Virus record (IMG/VR): IMGVR_UViG_3300028569_000044
Location: 1-54,199 of that record
Reading direction: 5' to 3' (one strand)
Source: an uncultured virus (IMG/VR IMGVR_UViG_3300028569_000044)
Lineage: Duplodnaviria; Heunggongvirae; Uroviricota; Caudoviricetes
DNA: 54,199 nt
In this document: one piece after another, positions 31,281-40,817 of the stretch
Layout: each line of letters starts with the position of its first letter
Position numbering within the stretch: the stretch's first letter is position 1
Notes under the pieces: model-generated
What the model was told of the DNA's origin: nothing
What the model saw: only the letters and a program-made list of their open reading frames with translations
Database searches by the model: none
Position numbers and translations under genes: made by a program

Positions 31281-31660
31281 ACAGTTTTGTTATATGACTC
31301 TATATAAGATTCTATATTGGATTTTCCTACGGGGTTCATAGAGTGTACTACATATGACGGATGTTTAATCCCTTTATTCATACAATAATCCACAAGCCAT
31401 TTAGCTGCGTCATATCCAGTCTTTTCCTTATATGAATCATATGGAATATCATCTCTGTTTAAACCGTGTCCATAATGGCAGTCTGACAAATCGTGATCAA
31501 AAGAAACGAATTTGGACAATCCCAATTTATTTATTGTTGTAACAAATTCATTATATGATCTAACGAGAATCCATTCATTATCCGGAATGTTTGGTAACGT
31601 ACAATATTTTCTAACATCGGAAATTTCCCGAATGTCATCTAGTAGTAAATAATAACTCAT
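31277..31660 (-). CDS. Cyclic-phosphate-processing receiver-like domain protein
   Basis: LLLDDIR...W..VRSY.EF...VSFDHDL...TGYD.AKWL...VHSMNPVG. Confidence 0.75.
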   Translation of the reverse strand: MSYYLLLDDIREISDVRKYCTLPNIPDNEWILVRSYNEFVTTINKLGLSKFVSFDHDLSDCHYGHGLNRDDIPYDSYKEKTGYDAAKWLVDYCMNKGIKHPSYVVHSMNPVGKSNIESYIESYNKTV

Positions 31661-31740
31661 AGTCTTATATTAGTTTATAAAAGTTAAAATGTCAATCGTT
31701 TTAGATTTTTTATTTGATATGTATATCTATATAAGATTAT

Positions 31741-32814
31741 ATGGATAACAATTTTTTAAATATAGATAATGCTGAAACCGCTTACACACTTGGTCTTTTA
31801 TGGTCAGATGGATATCTTTGTAAACATTCAAATGGAAAATATTATTCTGTTGGAATTAGAATTTGTGAAAAAGATATGAAAAATGTTAAATACATATTAT
31901 GTTCTTCAAATTTCAAAAATTGGAAATTTTACGCATATAAAAATTCCAATGAAAACTACAAAAAATTATTAGAATCACAAATACATAACATAAATCTGTG
32001 TAATTTTCTTTTAAAAATTGGATTTGACAAAAAATCTTATATTAGTCACGAGTGTGTATTGCAACATATTCCTGAAAATTTGCATAGATTTTATTTTAGG
32101 GGATTGATTGATGGAGATGGATGTTTTTATATAAGAAAAAATAACATCGGTCAGTCTTTTTCAATAGCATCATCATATAACCAAGATTGGTCATATTTTC
32201 AAAAATATATTTTTGAAAAATTAAAAATTAATACTAAAATTGTACAATCTAAAAATAAAAAAGGTAGCGGTTCTTGTTTAATTATTAATAATAAAATTGA
32301 TATTGTTAATTTTGGAAATTTTGTATATGAAAATATGGATACTGATAAAATCGGATTTTTAAGAAAATATAATAAGTTTTTATCTATCAAAAAATCATAC
32401 GAAAATGCTCCTAAATGTAGCAGATATAATAATTTTTACAAAGGTATATATTTAAAAAACATTAAAACAAATGAGATTGTTGAAATTGTTAAAATGAAAG
32501 ACTTTTGTATAAAGTATAGATTAAATCCTTCCGGTATAAAAAAAGTTTTGTCATCTGAATATATCCAATGGAAAGGATGGATTTTGCCTACCACGGATAT
32601 AGATCAAATAAAAAAAATAAAATATGAAAATTTTTCAAGTAAACTTTCAAAAACATATGAATTTATATATAAAGGCGAAAAATTAATTATTAATAATTTA
32701 AATCGTTATTGTAGAGAACATAATTTGTCTTATTCAAGTTTTAAACTTTTAATACGAGGCGTTTACAACCAATATAAAAATTATATATTTATTAAAAAAT
32801 ATAACAACATATAA
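31741..32814 (+). CDS. LAGLIDADG homing endonuclease (two-motif, free-standing)
   Basis: AYTLGLLWSDG and YFRGLIDGDG. Confidence 0.85.
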   Translation: MDNNFLNIDNAETAYTLGLLWSDGYLCKHSNGKYYSVGIRICEKDMKNVKYILCSSNFKNWKFYAYKNSNENYKKLLESQIHNINLCNFLLKIGFDKKSYISHECVLQHIPENLHRFYFRGLIDGDGCFYIRKNNIGQSFSIASSYNQDWSYFQKYIFEKLKINTKIVQSKNKKGSGSCLIINNKIDIVNFGNFVYENMDTDKIGFLRKYNKFLSIKKSYENAPKCSRYNNFYKGIYLKNIKTNEIVEIVKMKDFCIKYRLNPSGIKKVLSSEYIQWKGWILPTTDIDQIKKIKYENFSSKLSKTYEFIYKGEKLIINNLNRYCREHNLSYSSFKLLIRGVYNQYKNYIFIKKYNNI

Positions 32815-32825
32815 TAATATTTTAT

Positions 32826-32858
32826 TTATTCCAAGAATAAATTATAGTTGCTTATCAT
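32826..32858 (-). pseudogene. Probable orphan 5' end of the receiver-like gene at 31277..31660
   Basis: MISNYNLFLE* versus MSYYLLLDD; overlaps the stop of 32842..33048. Confidence 0.5.
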
Positions 32859-33048
32859 ATTTTTTAAGTGATTCTTTTAAATTTTTCAATGCACTTTGTG
32901 TGCAAGTCCAGATTACATCTGCTTTATGTTTCTTACGATACTTATTTGCTTCAGTTAATGAATCGTCTTCACTGAGACATTCGCCTAATGAATCAACACA
33001 CAGATTGTTGTTTTGATCTAAAATAATAACGTAGTAATTTGTTTTCAT
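32842..33048 (-). CDS. Hypothetical protein
   Basis: 68 aa ORF. Confidence 0.5.
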   Translation of the reverse strand: MKTNYYVIILDQNNNLCVDSLGECLSEDDSLTEANKYRKKHKADVIWTCTQSALKNLKESLKKYDKQL

Positions 33049-33366
33049 TTATTAATCTTCTTTTCCAAGTATACCACGAAATTTTTCATTGGTCTACCAT
33101 TTTCAAACACATCACCGATAAATTATGCTTTGACTACACGATATCCTTTTGTTCCATAATCATTCATTATCTTTTCAAGATCTGAATAATCAATGACTGT
33201 ATGTATTTTTATTGAATATTCGTATATCATCGTCTTGGAATTACCAAACTGCTTAAATCTGGTAATGTATAACCTTGTTTAATTAACTCACGGGTATCTT
33301 TTACAATTTTATCAAAATATTCCAATCTCATTTTGATATCTTCACGTTCTTTCTTTGTAAGCTTCT

Positions 33367-34230
33367 TCATACAGCTACTTTAAACTTTACACTAGGTAGT
33401 GGTTCATAGTCAAGTAAAATTGTATCACTATATTGCCAATCATATATTGATTTAAAGTTATCAGTTTTTATGGTTGGCAAGCTACTCGTTGCATCTCTAC
33501 TTAACAATTCTTTAATTCCATCTATATGATTTAGATAAATGTGTGCATCTGCAAAGAATCCAACTAACATACCTTCTTTTAAATTAGATTCCTTTGCTAA
33601 AAGATGTAAGAGCAATCCATAAGTATTTAAATCATTACCCAACACAAAATCTACACTTCGCATATAGTAAAACAAATTGAGTTTACCGTCTGTAACATTT
33701 ACTTGCCAAGCAAAATGGCAAGGCGGTAATGCCATATATTCTAATGCTAGAGGATTCCAAGCACTACACAACATTCTTCTACTATTAGGATTAGATTTAA
33801 GAGCATCTACTACATCTTTTAATTGATCTTTTATTGTAGATCCATAAAGATTTTGAGGATCTTGAAAATGTCTCCATTGCTTTCCATATATTTCACCTAA
33901 ATCATCACATTCTTCCATTTTCTTCTTGGTATCAACGTCAATACCATATGGAACTACTTGTGGGTTACACCATTGATTCCAATAATTACATCCTCTTTCT
34001 TTATACCATTGTTTGGATGTAATGCCTTTAATAAATCCTTCTAATTCAATTGCAGCAGATTTAAATGGAACAGTTCGTAATGTAAGCAATGGATATCCAT
34101 CCGACATATCGTGACGGATCATTACGCCTGGAAAAGAAATTGTTCCGGTTCCAGTTCTATCTTCTTTTTTATATCCCTTTGTTAGGATTAACTCTAAAGT
34201 TTCTTGAAATGTTTTATCTAAATTAGACAT
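33367..34230 (-). CDS. thyA: Thymidylate synthase
   Basis: DRTGTGT, DLGEIYGKQWR, SAWN, MALPPCH, RSVD, DAHIY; probable start MSNLDK at 34230. Confidence 0.95.
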   Translation of the reverse strand: MSNLDKTFQETLELILTKGYKKEDRTGTGTISFPGVMIRHDMSDGYPLLTLRTVPFKSAAIELEGFIKGITSKQWYKERGCNYWNQWCNPQVVPYGIDVDTKKKMEECDDLGEIYGKQWRHFQDPQNLYGSTIKDQLKDVVDALKSNPNSRRMLCSAWNPLALEYMALPPCHFAWQVNVTDGKLNLFYYMRSVDFVLGNDLNTYGLLLHLLAKESNLKEGMLVGFFADAHIYLNHIDGIKELLSRDATSSLPTIKTDNFKSIYDWQYSDTILLDYEPLPSVKFKVAV

Positions 34231-34231
34231 A

Positions 34232-34720
34232 TTACTTACTATACTTGATAACTTTGTGCCCGTCAAATTCTTTTACTGTTTCTTGATTATTAAATGTATC
34301 TTCAAAACTAGACATAAATACATCACCATCATAATTGCCATTTACATGCGTAACATAAAATTCCTTAATATAAGGCAGTAACTTAAGATAAGTTTTAGCA
34401 CCACCAGCAACAATTAAATAGTCTTTTCTAAATTGACTATATGATTCAAGATCTGTCATTGTAATCAGTTGTCCAGTCATAGAATTATTGTTTACTAGAT
34501 ATTGATTTGGATTTGCAGCCATTATTTTGTCTTCTTTGACTAGTACAAGACATTCTCTATTTTTTAGAAATGGTAGTGTATCAAATGTATTTTTACCCAC
34601 AATAAGTGTTCCACCCATTGTAAATTCTTTGAACCACTTGAAGTCGTTTGGAACATACCACGGAATTTTATTTTCTTTTCCGATACATCGGTTTTCAGAC
34701 ATTGCCATTATTGATTTCAT
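34232..34720 (-). CDS. folA: Dihydrofolate reductase
   Basis: AMSENRCIG....IPW..P.DFKWFK..T....IVGKNTF...P.LKNR...VAGGA..Y...GDVF; adjacent to thyA. Confidence 0.92.
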   Translation of the reverse strand: MKSIMAMSENRCIGKENKIPWYVPNDFKWFKEFTMGGTLIVGKNTFDTLPFLKNRECLVLVKEDKIMAANPNQYLVNNNSMTGQLITMTDLESYSQFRKDYLIVAGGAKTYLKLLPYIKEFYVTHVNGNYDGDVFMSSFEDTFNNQETVKEFDGHKVIKYSK

Positions 34721-34791
34721 ATAACTATATTATCAGATAAAATTAAATTGTAAAGATGATTTTGAATTGTTTAATTACTATTTATACATAT

Positions 34792-35499
34792 ATGAATGAT
34801 AAATTAAAACAAAAAGAATACTTTCAATCTTACTATCAAAAAAATAAAGATAAATTAAAAAAAAGAAGAAACGAATTGTATTATGAAAAAGCAGAACATA
34901 AGAAAAGAAATTTTAGAAAAAATATGACTTCTGAAGAGTTAGAATTGTTAAAAACCAGAAAGTGCCCAGATTGTAACAATATACTCAAATACAACAATAT
35001 AAGTAATAAACAACGAGCGGATAAAATAAATGCTAAATGTTATACGTGTCAAGGTGAAATGTTATCATTAAAAAGAAGAGGAGTTCGTCTTACAAAAGAA
35101 GAACGAGATAAACTAAAAATACAAGAACAAATTAAAAATGTTATTATGTGGAAGGAGAAATTAAGACTGATAAGAATAAAACAGATAAAAAATAATGGAT
35201 CGGTTCATTTTCCAAATTTTAATAAAAACGCATGTTTGTATTTTGATAAACTAAATGAAGAAAAAGGTTGGAAATTACAACATGCATTAAACGGTGGGGA
35301 AATTCAAATTGGAGGATATTTTTTAGATGCATATGATGTACATAATAATATAGTCATAGAATATGACGAATTAAAACATAAAATTGATAAACGAAGAAAT
35401 AAAAAAGATAGGGAAAAAGAAAAATACCTTATAGATAAATTAAAATGTAAATTTTACAGATATTTAGAATATGAAAATAAGTTAGTTGAAATATTATAA
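34792..35499 (+). CDS. Free-standing endonuclease with C-terminal PD-(D/E)xK/Vsr-like domain
   Basis: CPDC...CYTC; HALNGGE..IGGYFLDAYD...NIVIEYDE..H.........D.E; probable start MNDKLK after TATTTAT. Confidence 0.7.
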   Translation: MNDKLKQKEYFQSYYQKNKDKLKKRRNELYYEKAEHKKRNFRKNMTSEELELLKTRKCPDCNNILKYNNISNKQRADKINAKCYTCQGEMLSLKRRGVRLTKEERDKLKIQEQIKNVIMWKEKLRLIRIKQIKNNGSVHFPNFNKNACLYFDKLNEEKGWKLQHALNGGEIQIGGYFLDAYDVHNNIVIEYDELKHKIDKRRNKKDREKEKYLIDKLKCKFYRYLEYENKLVEIL

Positions 35500-35553
35500 T
35501 CCACCATTTTTGCCTATAACCCTATTTTGTGCCATTGCGAGTATTGCTTTCAT
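35494..35553 (-). pseudogene. Orphan 5' end (19 codons) of DHFR
   Basis: MKAILAMAQNRVIGKNGGL* is a DHFR N-terminus; ATGA overlap with the APS kinase stop. Confidence 0.85.
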
Positions 35554-35987
35554 TGTATATAATCTAAAATTAGTTTGATTGATTGTTCAATAGAATTTTT
35601 ATCAGTGTCAATATCAAGATAGTTATTTAATGGCGGTTCATAATAATCTACCATCTTACCCTCCCTTAATCTGTTACTATGTAGATATACTTCTTTTACA
35701 ATATGTGTAGACTCATTTTTTAATGAGTCTCTTAAATTTCTGAACGGAGATACTAACGACATTATTGTGTAATTATATAATTTGTTGCTAGTTTTTGCCA
35801 TTTCTATAGCTAATCTTACATTACTTTTTCTGCCACTAATACTATAGTCTTTATTGTTACTAATACTACGTAACATATCGCCGTCAATAGTTGCAACTGT
35901 ACGATTTGCTTTAATTAAATATGTTTCTAATGTTAACGCCAATGTGGTTTTACCACTATTTGGTTGACCTGTTAATATAATAATCAT
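35550..35987 (-). CDS. cysC: Adenylyl-sulfate (APS) kinase
   Basis: LTGQPNSGKTT P-loop, IDGDMLR, DYS..GR..NV, SLVSP....R, YEPP. Confidence 0.85.
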   Translation of the reverse strand: MIIILTGQPNSGKTTLALTLETYLIKANRTVATIDGDMLRSISNNKDYSISGRKSNVRLAIEMAKTSNKLYNYTIMSLVSPFRNLRDSLKNESTHIVKEVYLHSNRLREGKMVDYYEPPLNNYLDIDTDKNSIEQSIKLILDYIQ

Positions 35988-36631
35988 AACAATATTTTCT
36001 TTTCGTGTTTTACCACAACTTCAGGATGTACCCAAACATCAATACCACATTCTTTTACCAAATGACAAAAGCTTACGTCTTCCATTGTAAACTCAGTAAC
36101 ATTGCCAAATTGTTTCCAAATTGGTCTAAACCATGGATATTTCAGTTTTTCAAATACACCCCGTTTTATAAGTATAAAGCCAAATCCAGTGTAGTCTACT
36201 GTAAATGGATCTTTGTATTGTTTTAATTTATCGAAAGTTAAAAATTCAAAACTACCATGCTTCTTAAAATGATCTTCGTTCCAATCCTTTACAGTAGCAT
36301 AGTGTTTACCATCATGCATTAGATATAAACCAGATGCTATATCTTTCTGCATGTTGTATAACTTAATAAAGTCATCCACTTTGAACATATTGTCACTATC
36401 AATCCAAAGTATATAATCATATTCGATTCTACCTTGCCATGGCTTTTGATTTTCTCCAGCATTAGAATCACCGCCCAAACACATATTACGTACATAATAG
36501 ATGTTACATGATTCTCTACGAGAAAGTATAGGAGTGATTTTGTTACTAATACACCAATTATAAAATGGTATAAAACTATCTAACCACTGACCAGAGAAAT
36601 TATTGCCGGGTAAACAAATTATCAATCTCAT
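35984..36631 (-). CDS. GT-A fold glycosyltransferase-like protein
   Basis: WIDSD, SGLY, TGFGF..IK.GVFE, MEDVSFC. Confidence 0.7.
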   Translation of the reverse strand: MRLIICLPGNNFSGQWLDSFIPFYNWCISNKITPILSRRESCNIYYVRNMCLGGDSNAGENQKPWQGRIEYDYILWIDSDNMFKVDDFIKLYNMQKDIASGLYLMHDGKHYATVKDWNEDHFKKHGSFEFLTFDKLKQYKDPFTVDYTGFGFILIKRGVFEKLKYPWFRPIWKQFGNVTEFTMEDVSFCHLVKECGIDVWVHPEVVVKHEKKILL

Positions 36632-37377
36632 GATTTAAAAAACAGATTGTTTTGTACAAACAAGTTACCTTTATAACCTTTCCAACCATAGTGAGTCAAG
36701 TTACAAGTGGTATCTACATGTATTTTACCACCGATACTTCTATAAAGATTACAAAAGCCATAATCTTCACTTTCATATTTCTTTGTCTTTTCATTTATTT
36801 TACATGGAAAGAAATCATAGAACTTATCGCCATATCCCATATACCCGTCAATATCATTCTTATATGCTATATTAGGCATTTCTCTAGCAATCTGACTGAA
36901 CACACGTTTCTTGAATAACATGAATCCAGTAGCAGCATAATTTACTTCTTCTATGTTTTTCATTTCGGGATTGAGTTTAATTTCTGTAGCAAAGTCAGTA
37001 CATAGTTCTTCGTAATTATCCCCGATCATTTCTGGTCCTTGTTGTGCTAACAACTTTACTTTAGACGAATTAATATACTTCTTGGGATATAAACCTGAAA
37101 TAACATCTTTATCAGCCTTTAACAAAGAAAAGAAACTCTCGGGTTCAAATGATATATCACTATCAATGAACATCATATAATCACAATCCGGTTGATTTAA
37201 AAAATTAGCAGCTGCAGCATTTCTAGCTCTAGCAATCAAACTTTCAAAGTATATACAGTCTAAACTAAATGATATACCCCTACGTTGTCCCTCAAATATC
37301 AACTTCATCACACTAAACATAAAGTGTGATAGTACAGTGTGATTATAACAAATAACAGGCAAATAAACTTTGGTCAC
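36628..37377 (-). CDS. GT-A fold glycosyltransferase-like protein
   Basis: ESLIARARN, FIDSD, YPKK, ATGFML, SEDYGFC. Confidence 0.7.
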   Translation of the reverse strand: MTKVYLPVICYNHTVLSHFMFSVMKLIFEGQRRGISFSLDCIYFESLIARARNAAAANFLNQPDCDYMMFIDSDISFEPESFFSLLKADKDVISGLYPKKYINSSKVKLLAQQGPEMIGDNYEELCTDFATEIKLNPEMKNIEEVNYAATGFMLFKKRVFSQIAREMPNIAYKNDIDGYMGYGDKFYDFFPCKINEKTKKYESEDYGFCNLYRSIGGKIHVDTTCNLTHYGWKGYKGNLFVQNNLFFKS

Positions 37378-37610
37378 AGTATGATCTTTTCCTTCTCAAA
37401 ATATTCAGTAACTTCATCATTCCAAGGCTTGTTAATTTCATCCAACTTATTAGCAATAGAACGCATTATGTGAGATGTCCAGCAACCATCATTACTGGGC
37501 CAAAAGTAAAAATAACCATCAACATCCATAATAAGTTCACCAACTAAATGATTATTCGGAGTCAGTACGTGGAACTTCTGGTTGTTGATCTGCTTGTAAA
37601 TTAGATTCAT
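37374..37610 (-). CDS. Hypothetical phage protein
   Basis: DVDGYFYFWP...W....R.IA.KLDE.N..W. Confidence 0.55.
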   Translation of the reverse strand: MNLIYKQINNQKFHVLTPNNHLVGELIMDVDGYFYFWPSNDGCWTSHIMRSIANKLDEINKPWNDEVTEYFEKEKIIL

Positions 37611-38052
37611 TTTTTTCTAAAACAATATTTGTAGTACCCTCGTAATTTACCCCACCAATAACATTAATAATAAATTTGTTGGTGATGGTTCCCTCCAAGT
37701 TACTAGTAACAATATAACTCTCTTGTACGCTTCCGTCAAGGAAAAATACTATCTTTGTAGCACTTGATTGTAGTATCTTCAAGTCATTTGTAACAGCATC
37801 CATCAAATAAACATCATCAAATGAACTGTACATATTATAGTTTTCATCAAACGTAAGTTCAAACTCACGTTGTTGAAATGCTGCTTGATGTTTGAGATTA
37901 ATCAATAGTGTCTTTAAGTTTTCTCTAGCTTCATAGTATCTGGTATTACCAACCAAACTATCATAGTTAATAACAATTGCACCAATAATACCAAGCAATA
38001 TGGTTATGGCTAATACTAACTCTATTAGTGTAAATGCTTTATTGTTTTTCAC
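37552..38052 (-). CDS. Prepilin-type N-terminal cleavage/methylation domain protein
   Basis: KA|FTLIEL followed by a hydrophobic helix. Confidence 0.8.
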   Translation of the reverse strand: MKNNKAFTLIELVLAITILLGIIGAIVINYDSLVGNTRYYEARENLKTLLINLKHQAAFQQREFELTFDENYNMYSSFDDVYLMDAVTNDLKILQSSATKIVFFLDGSVQESYIVTSNLEGTITNKFIINVIGGVNYEGTTNIVLEKNESNLQADQQPEVPRTDSE

Positions 38053-38296
38053 TTATTAGTTTTAACTTTTGTTGACGGGTCAATTGTTTGATTTGATACT
38101 CTCTCTTCATTGCTTCACTCTTACTATCAAAACATTCAGTGTATACTAATCTAACAGGTAATCGTGTCTTAGTATATTTAGCACCACACCCTCTAGAATG
38201 ATCACTAACTCGTTTTTCAACATTATTAGAGTAACCACAATAGAGGGTGTTGTCCCCACAAATAACTATATAGCAACAATGATTCTTAACTATCAC
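38039..38296 (-). CDS. Small GIY-YIG nuclease (UPF0213/YazA-like)
   Basis: YIV.C.DNTLYCGYSNN.EKRV..H..G.GAKYTK.RLPV.LVY.E.F..KSEAMKRE..IK. Confidence 0.88.
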   Translation of the reverse strand: MIVKNHCCYIVICGDNTLYCGYSNNVEKRVSDHSRGCGAKYTKTRLPVRLVYTECFDSKSEAMKREYQIKQLTRQQKLKLISEKQ

Positions 38297-38579
38297 ATCG
38301 TATATCTAATTTCGCTGTAGGAGTATGAGTGCCCAATCCGATGACTGAAATATTCTCGCTATTATTTACACGTATTTCAAAGTTATCATTGTCTCTAAAC
38401 TGCATTACACAACTAGCACCATCACTAGTTGTGAATACTAATTTATCACAAGTAACAACATTTTCAACTGGTGGTGTTGGTACAATAGGTTCTGATGCTT
38501 TTACACTTGAACCAGCAACAACACCTGCGATTCCTCCAAATAGGGTGGAGAAAAACCCTTTACGATTTAGTTTTTCCAT
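38286..38579 (-). CDS. Hypothetical protein with Tat-like signal
   Basis: LNRKGFF + hydrophobic stretch + VKA. Confidence 0.5.
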   Translation of the reverse strand: MEKLNRKGFFSTLFGGIAGVVAGSSVKASEPIVPTPPVENVVTCDKLVFTTSDGASCVMQFRDNDNFEIRVNNSENISVIGLGTHTPTAKLDIRCDS

Positions 38580-38631
38580 ATACTAATACTATATCAATAT
38601 ATGATAACTAAATCAATATTATATTTCTTGG

Positions 38632-39660
38632 TCAACGTATATAATAAAGAACGCGTTGCAAAACATATTGATAGGTATCAAACCATTTTTTATTACCCAA
38701 CTGATATTTTGGTATCTTACTCAAGTCAATTGATTCACTATAAATTGCATACGAACTTAAATAAGCATCATTACAATTAGCGTGTTGTTCATAATGATTA
38801 GGCATTGGTATCATCAACAATGGCTTTTTATGATATATTGCTTCAGCACTTGTTTCAAATCCTCCACTACATACTACTGCCTTACATACCTTCATCTTTT
38901 CTTGAAATAGTTTACCATCAAGATTAAATAACTTTAAATTTGGTAGTTCATCATATTGTTTGGTTAATTTGGTAAAACAATGAATATTGATATCTGGATA
39001 TTTTTTTGCTTGATTAATCAATTGCGGTAACATATCTTCATTCATTAGATATACCAACACAAAGTCTTCTTGTTTGTGTGATACACTATAACTTTCACTT
39101 CTTAATATTGGAGGACTTACAATCATAACATCATCATTAAATTCATAATAACTTAATGCTACGATTTTGGATCTGATACTAGTGATTTTGTTTATGATAT
39201 TTAAAAATAACTTTTGTACAGGATATCCATTTATTTTTGGATATATAGCAGAATCCATTGCGTATTGATGTCCAAAGCTTACATACTTTATGTTTTTAAA
39301 GAATAATGCGGTTAAACCTACCAGTGGTTCATAATAGTTGAATATAGCATCTGGCTTTTCTTTTTGGATGATGTTACAGATTTTAATGAATGATACAATT
39401 AAGCGTGGTAATTCAAATGTGTTCTTTACTATGGTTTTCCAGATAACAACTCTGCCTACATTGTCAAATACAAAATCAAATCCGTTGTGTTGTATTATAT
39501 TGAATTCGTCTGTGAAATATTTTGGCAATTTATTTTTAAATGGCTTTCCTACTAAATTACAAATAACATTTATACCTTGTTTTTCCAAATATTGTTTAGT
39601 AGCAATAGCTTGTGTTTGATGTCCGTTGCCACTTATACAAGTTCCAAATATGATTTTCAT
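38632..39660 (-). CDS. GT-B glycosyltransferase (MJ1255/VC2487-like)
   Basis: G.GNGH.TQA, KPD..FN.YEP, HQY, PPILR, GGFET.AEA....KP....P...H.EQ..N. Confidence 0.8.
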   Translation of the reverse strand: MKIIFGTCISGNGHQTQAIATKQYLEKQGINVICNLVGKPFKNKLPKYFTDEFNIIQHNGFDFVFDNVGRVVIWKTIVKNTFELPRLIVSFIKICNIIQKEKPDAIFNYYEPLVGLTALFFKNIKYVSFGHQYAMDSAIYPKINGYPVQKLFLNIINKITSIRSKIVALSYYEFNDDVMIVSPPILRSESYSVSHKQEDFVLVYLMNEDMLPQLINQAKKYPDINIHCFTKLTKQYDELPNLKLFNLDGKLFQEKMKVCKAVVCSGGFETSAEAIYHKKPLLMIPMPNHYEQHANCNDAYLSSYAIYSESIDLSKIPKYQLGNKKWFDTYQYVLQRVLYYIR

Positions 39661-40367
39661 AGTTTAATTAATTTAATTTCCCCATCCAAAGTTTCAATTA
39701 TATACGATGTATTTTCTCCAACAATAAAACTACCACAATTATAATAGTTTATACCATCAATAATGGTACATTCTGGTTTGTGTATATGACCGCATAAAAT
39801 ACTATCGTGTCCACTATTTTTACAATAATGTACAACGGTAGCTTCATAATTGCCTATATATTTTACAGCTTCTTTTGCTTTTTGTTTGAGAAAGTTACTG
39901 AAGCTAAATTTGAATATTCTAAATAGTTTATTTACCGACAAACTATAATCATATATTACGGAACCAATATGTTGTATCCACTTATTTTTGGTTACTAATC
40001 CATCAAATTGATCACCGTGAATAATCAATATTCTTTCGTTTTTTAATGTGGTATGAGTAATTTCTCTTACAACTTGTATATTATCGCCAACGTATATGTC
40101 ATTGAATGGTTCGATAAAGTCATCGTGGTTACCCCACACATAATATACTTGCGTACCTTTACGACTCATACGCAATATCTTTTGTAGAATTGTGTTATAA
40201 TTGCTATGCCACTTAAACTTTCTACTCAATATCCAACCATCAATAAAATCACCTACCAAAAAGAGATACTCGCATTCAACTTCACTCAATAATTTCAATA
40301 ATTTTTCGTGGTTACAATAATCACTACCTATATGACAATCACTTATAAATAATGTGCGTACTTTCAT
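39657..40367 (-). CDS. UDP-2,3-diacylglucosamine diphosphatase-like (LpxH-type) metallophosphoesterase
   Basis: FISDCHIG, LVGDFIDGW, GNHD, HGDQFD, CGHIH. Confidence 0.82.
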   Translation of the reverse strand: MKVRTLFISDCHIGSDYCNHEKLLKLLSEVECEYLFLVGDFIDGWILSRKFKWHSNYNTILQKILRMSRKGTQVYYVWGNHDDFIEPFNDIYVGDNIQVVREITHTTLKNERILIIHGDQFDGLVTKNKWIQHIGSVIYDYSLSVNKLFRIFKFSFSNFLKQKAKEAVKYIGNYEATVVHYCKNSGHDSILCGHIHKPECTIIDGINYYNCGSFIVGENTSYIIETLDGEIKLIKL

Positions 40368-40406
40368 CGTTTATAAATATCCCCGAATGTGTTACAGATA
40401 TGAAAC

Positions 40407-40438
40407 AAAAAACCCTCATTAAATGAATAATGAGGGGT
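40407..40438 (-). terminator. Rho-independent terminator
   Basis: CCCTCATTA/TAATGAGGG stem with T tract on - strand. Confidence 0.65.
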
Positions 40439-40463
40439 TAAATATTATACACTTAATTTAATA

Positions 40464-40781
40464 TCAAGCAACAGTATTTGGATCGTTATCACTAGCAGCT
40501 TCTAAACGAGCAGCTTGAGCATTTACCAAATCAGCAGCTGCTTGTAGAGCTTCTTCGGTTGGATGTGGCGTATTTAATACTGTTACTGCTGCGTCTGTTG
40601 CGGTTGATAGACGAGCGATTGCATCTTGTAGATTATTTATAGCACTCATAATTTCATTTAACCTTTCGTTCTGAACTTTTATTTCATTTAAAACAGATTT
40701 TAATAACTCTTTGTCACAACACTCATTGTGTAAATTACTACTAACTTCCATTTTAAAAAACTTTTTAAGTAAACATATCAT
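40464..40781 (-). CDS. Ala-rich helical hypothetical protein
   Basis: ORF followed by terminator; start uncertain. Confidence 0.5.
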   Translation of the reverse strand: MICLLKKFFKMEVSSNLHNECCDKELLKSVLNEIKVQNERLNEIMSAINNLQDAIARLSTATDAAVTVLNTPHPTEEALQAAADLVNAQAARLEAASDNDPNTVA

Positions 40782-40817
40782 ATTCTTATATATAGTTTTT
40801 ATATAGTTACAGATTAG

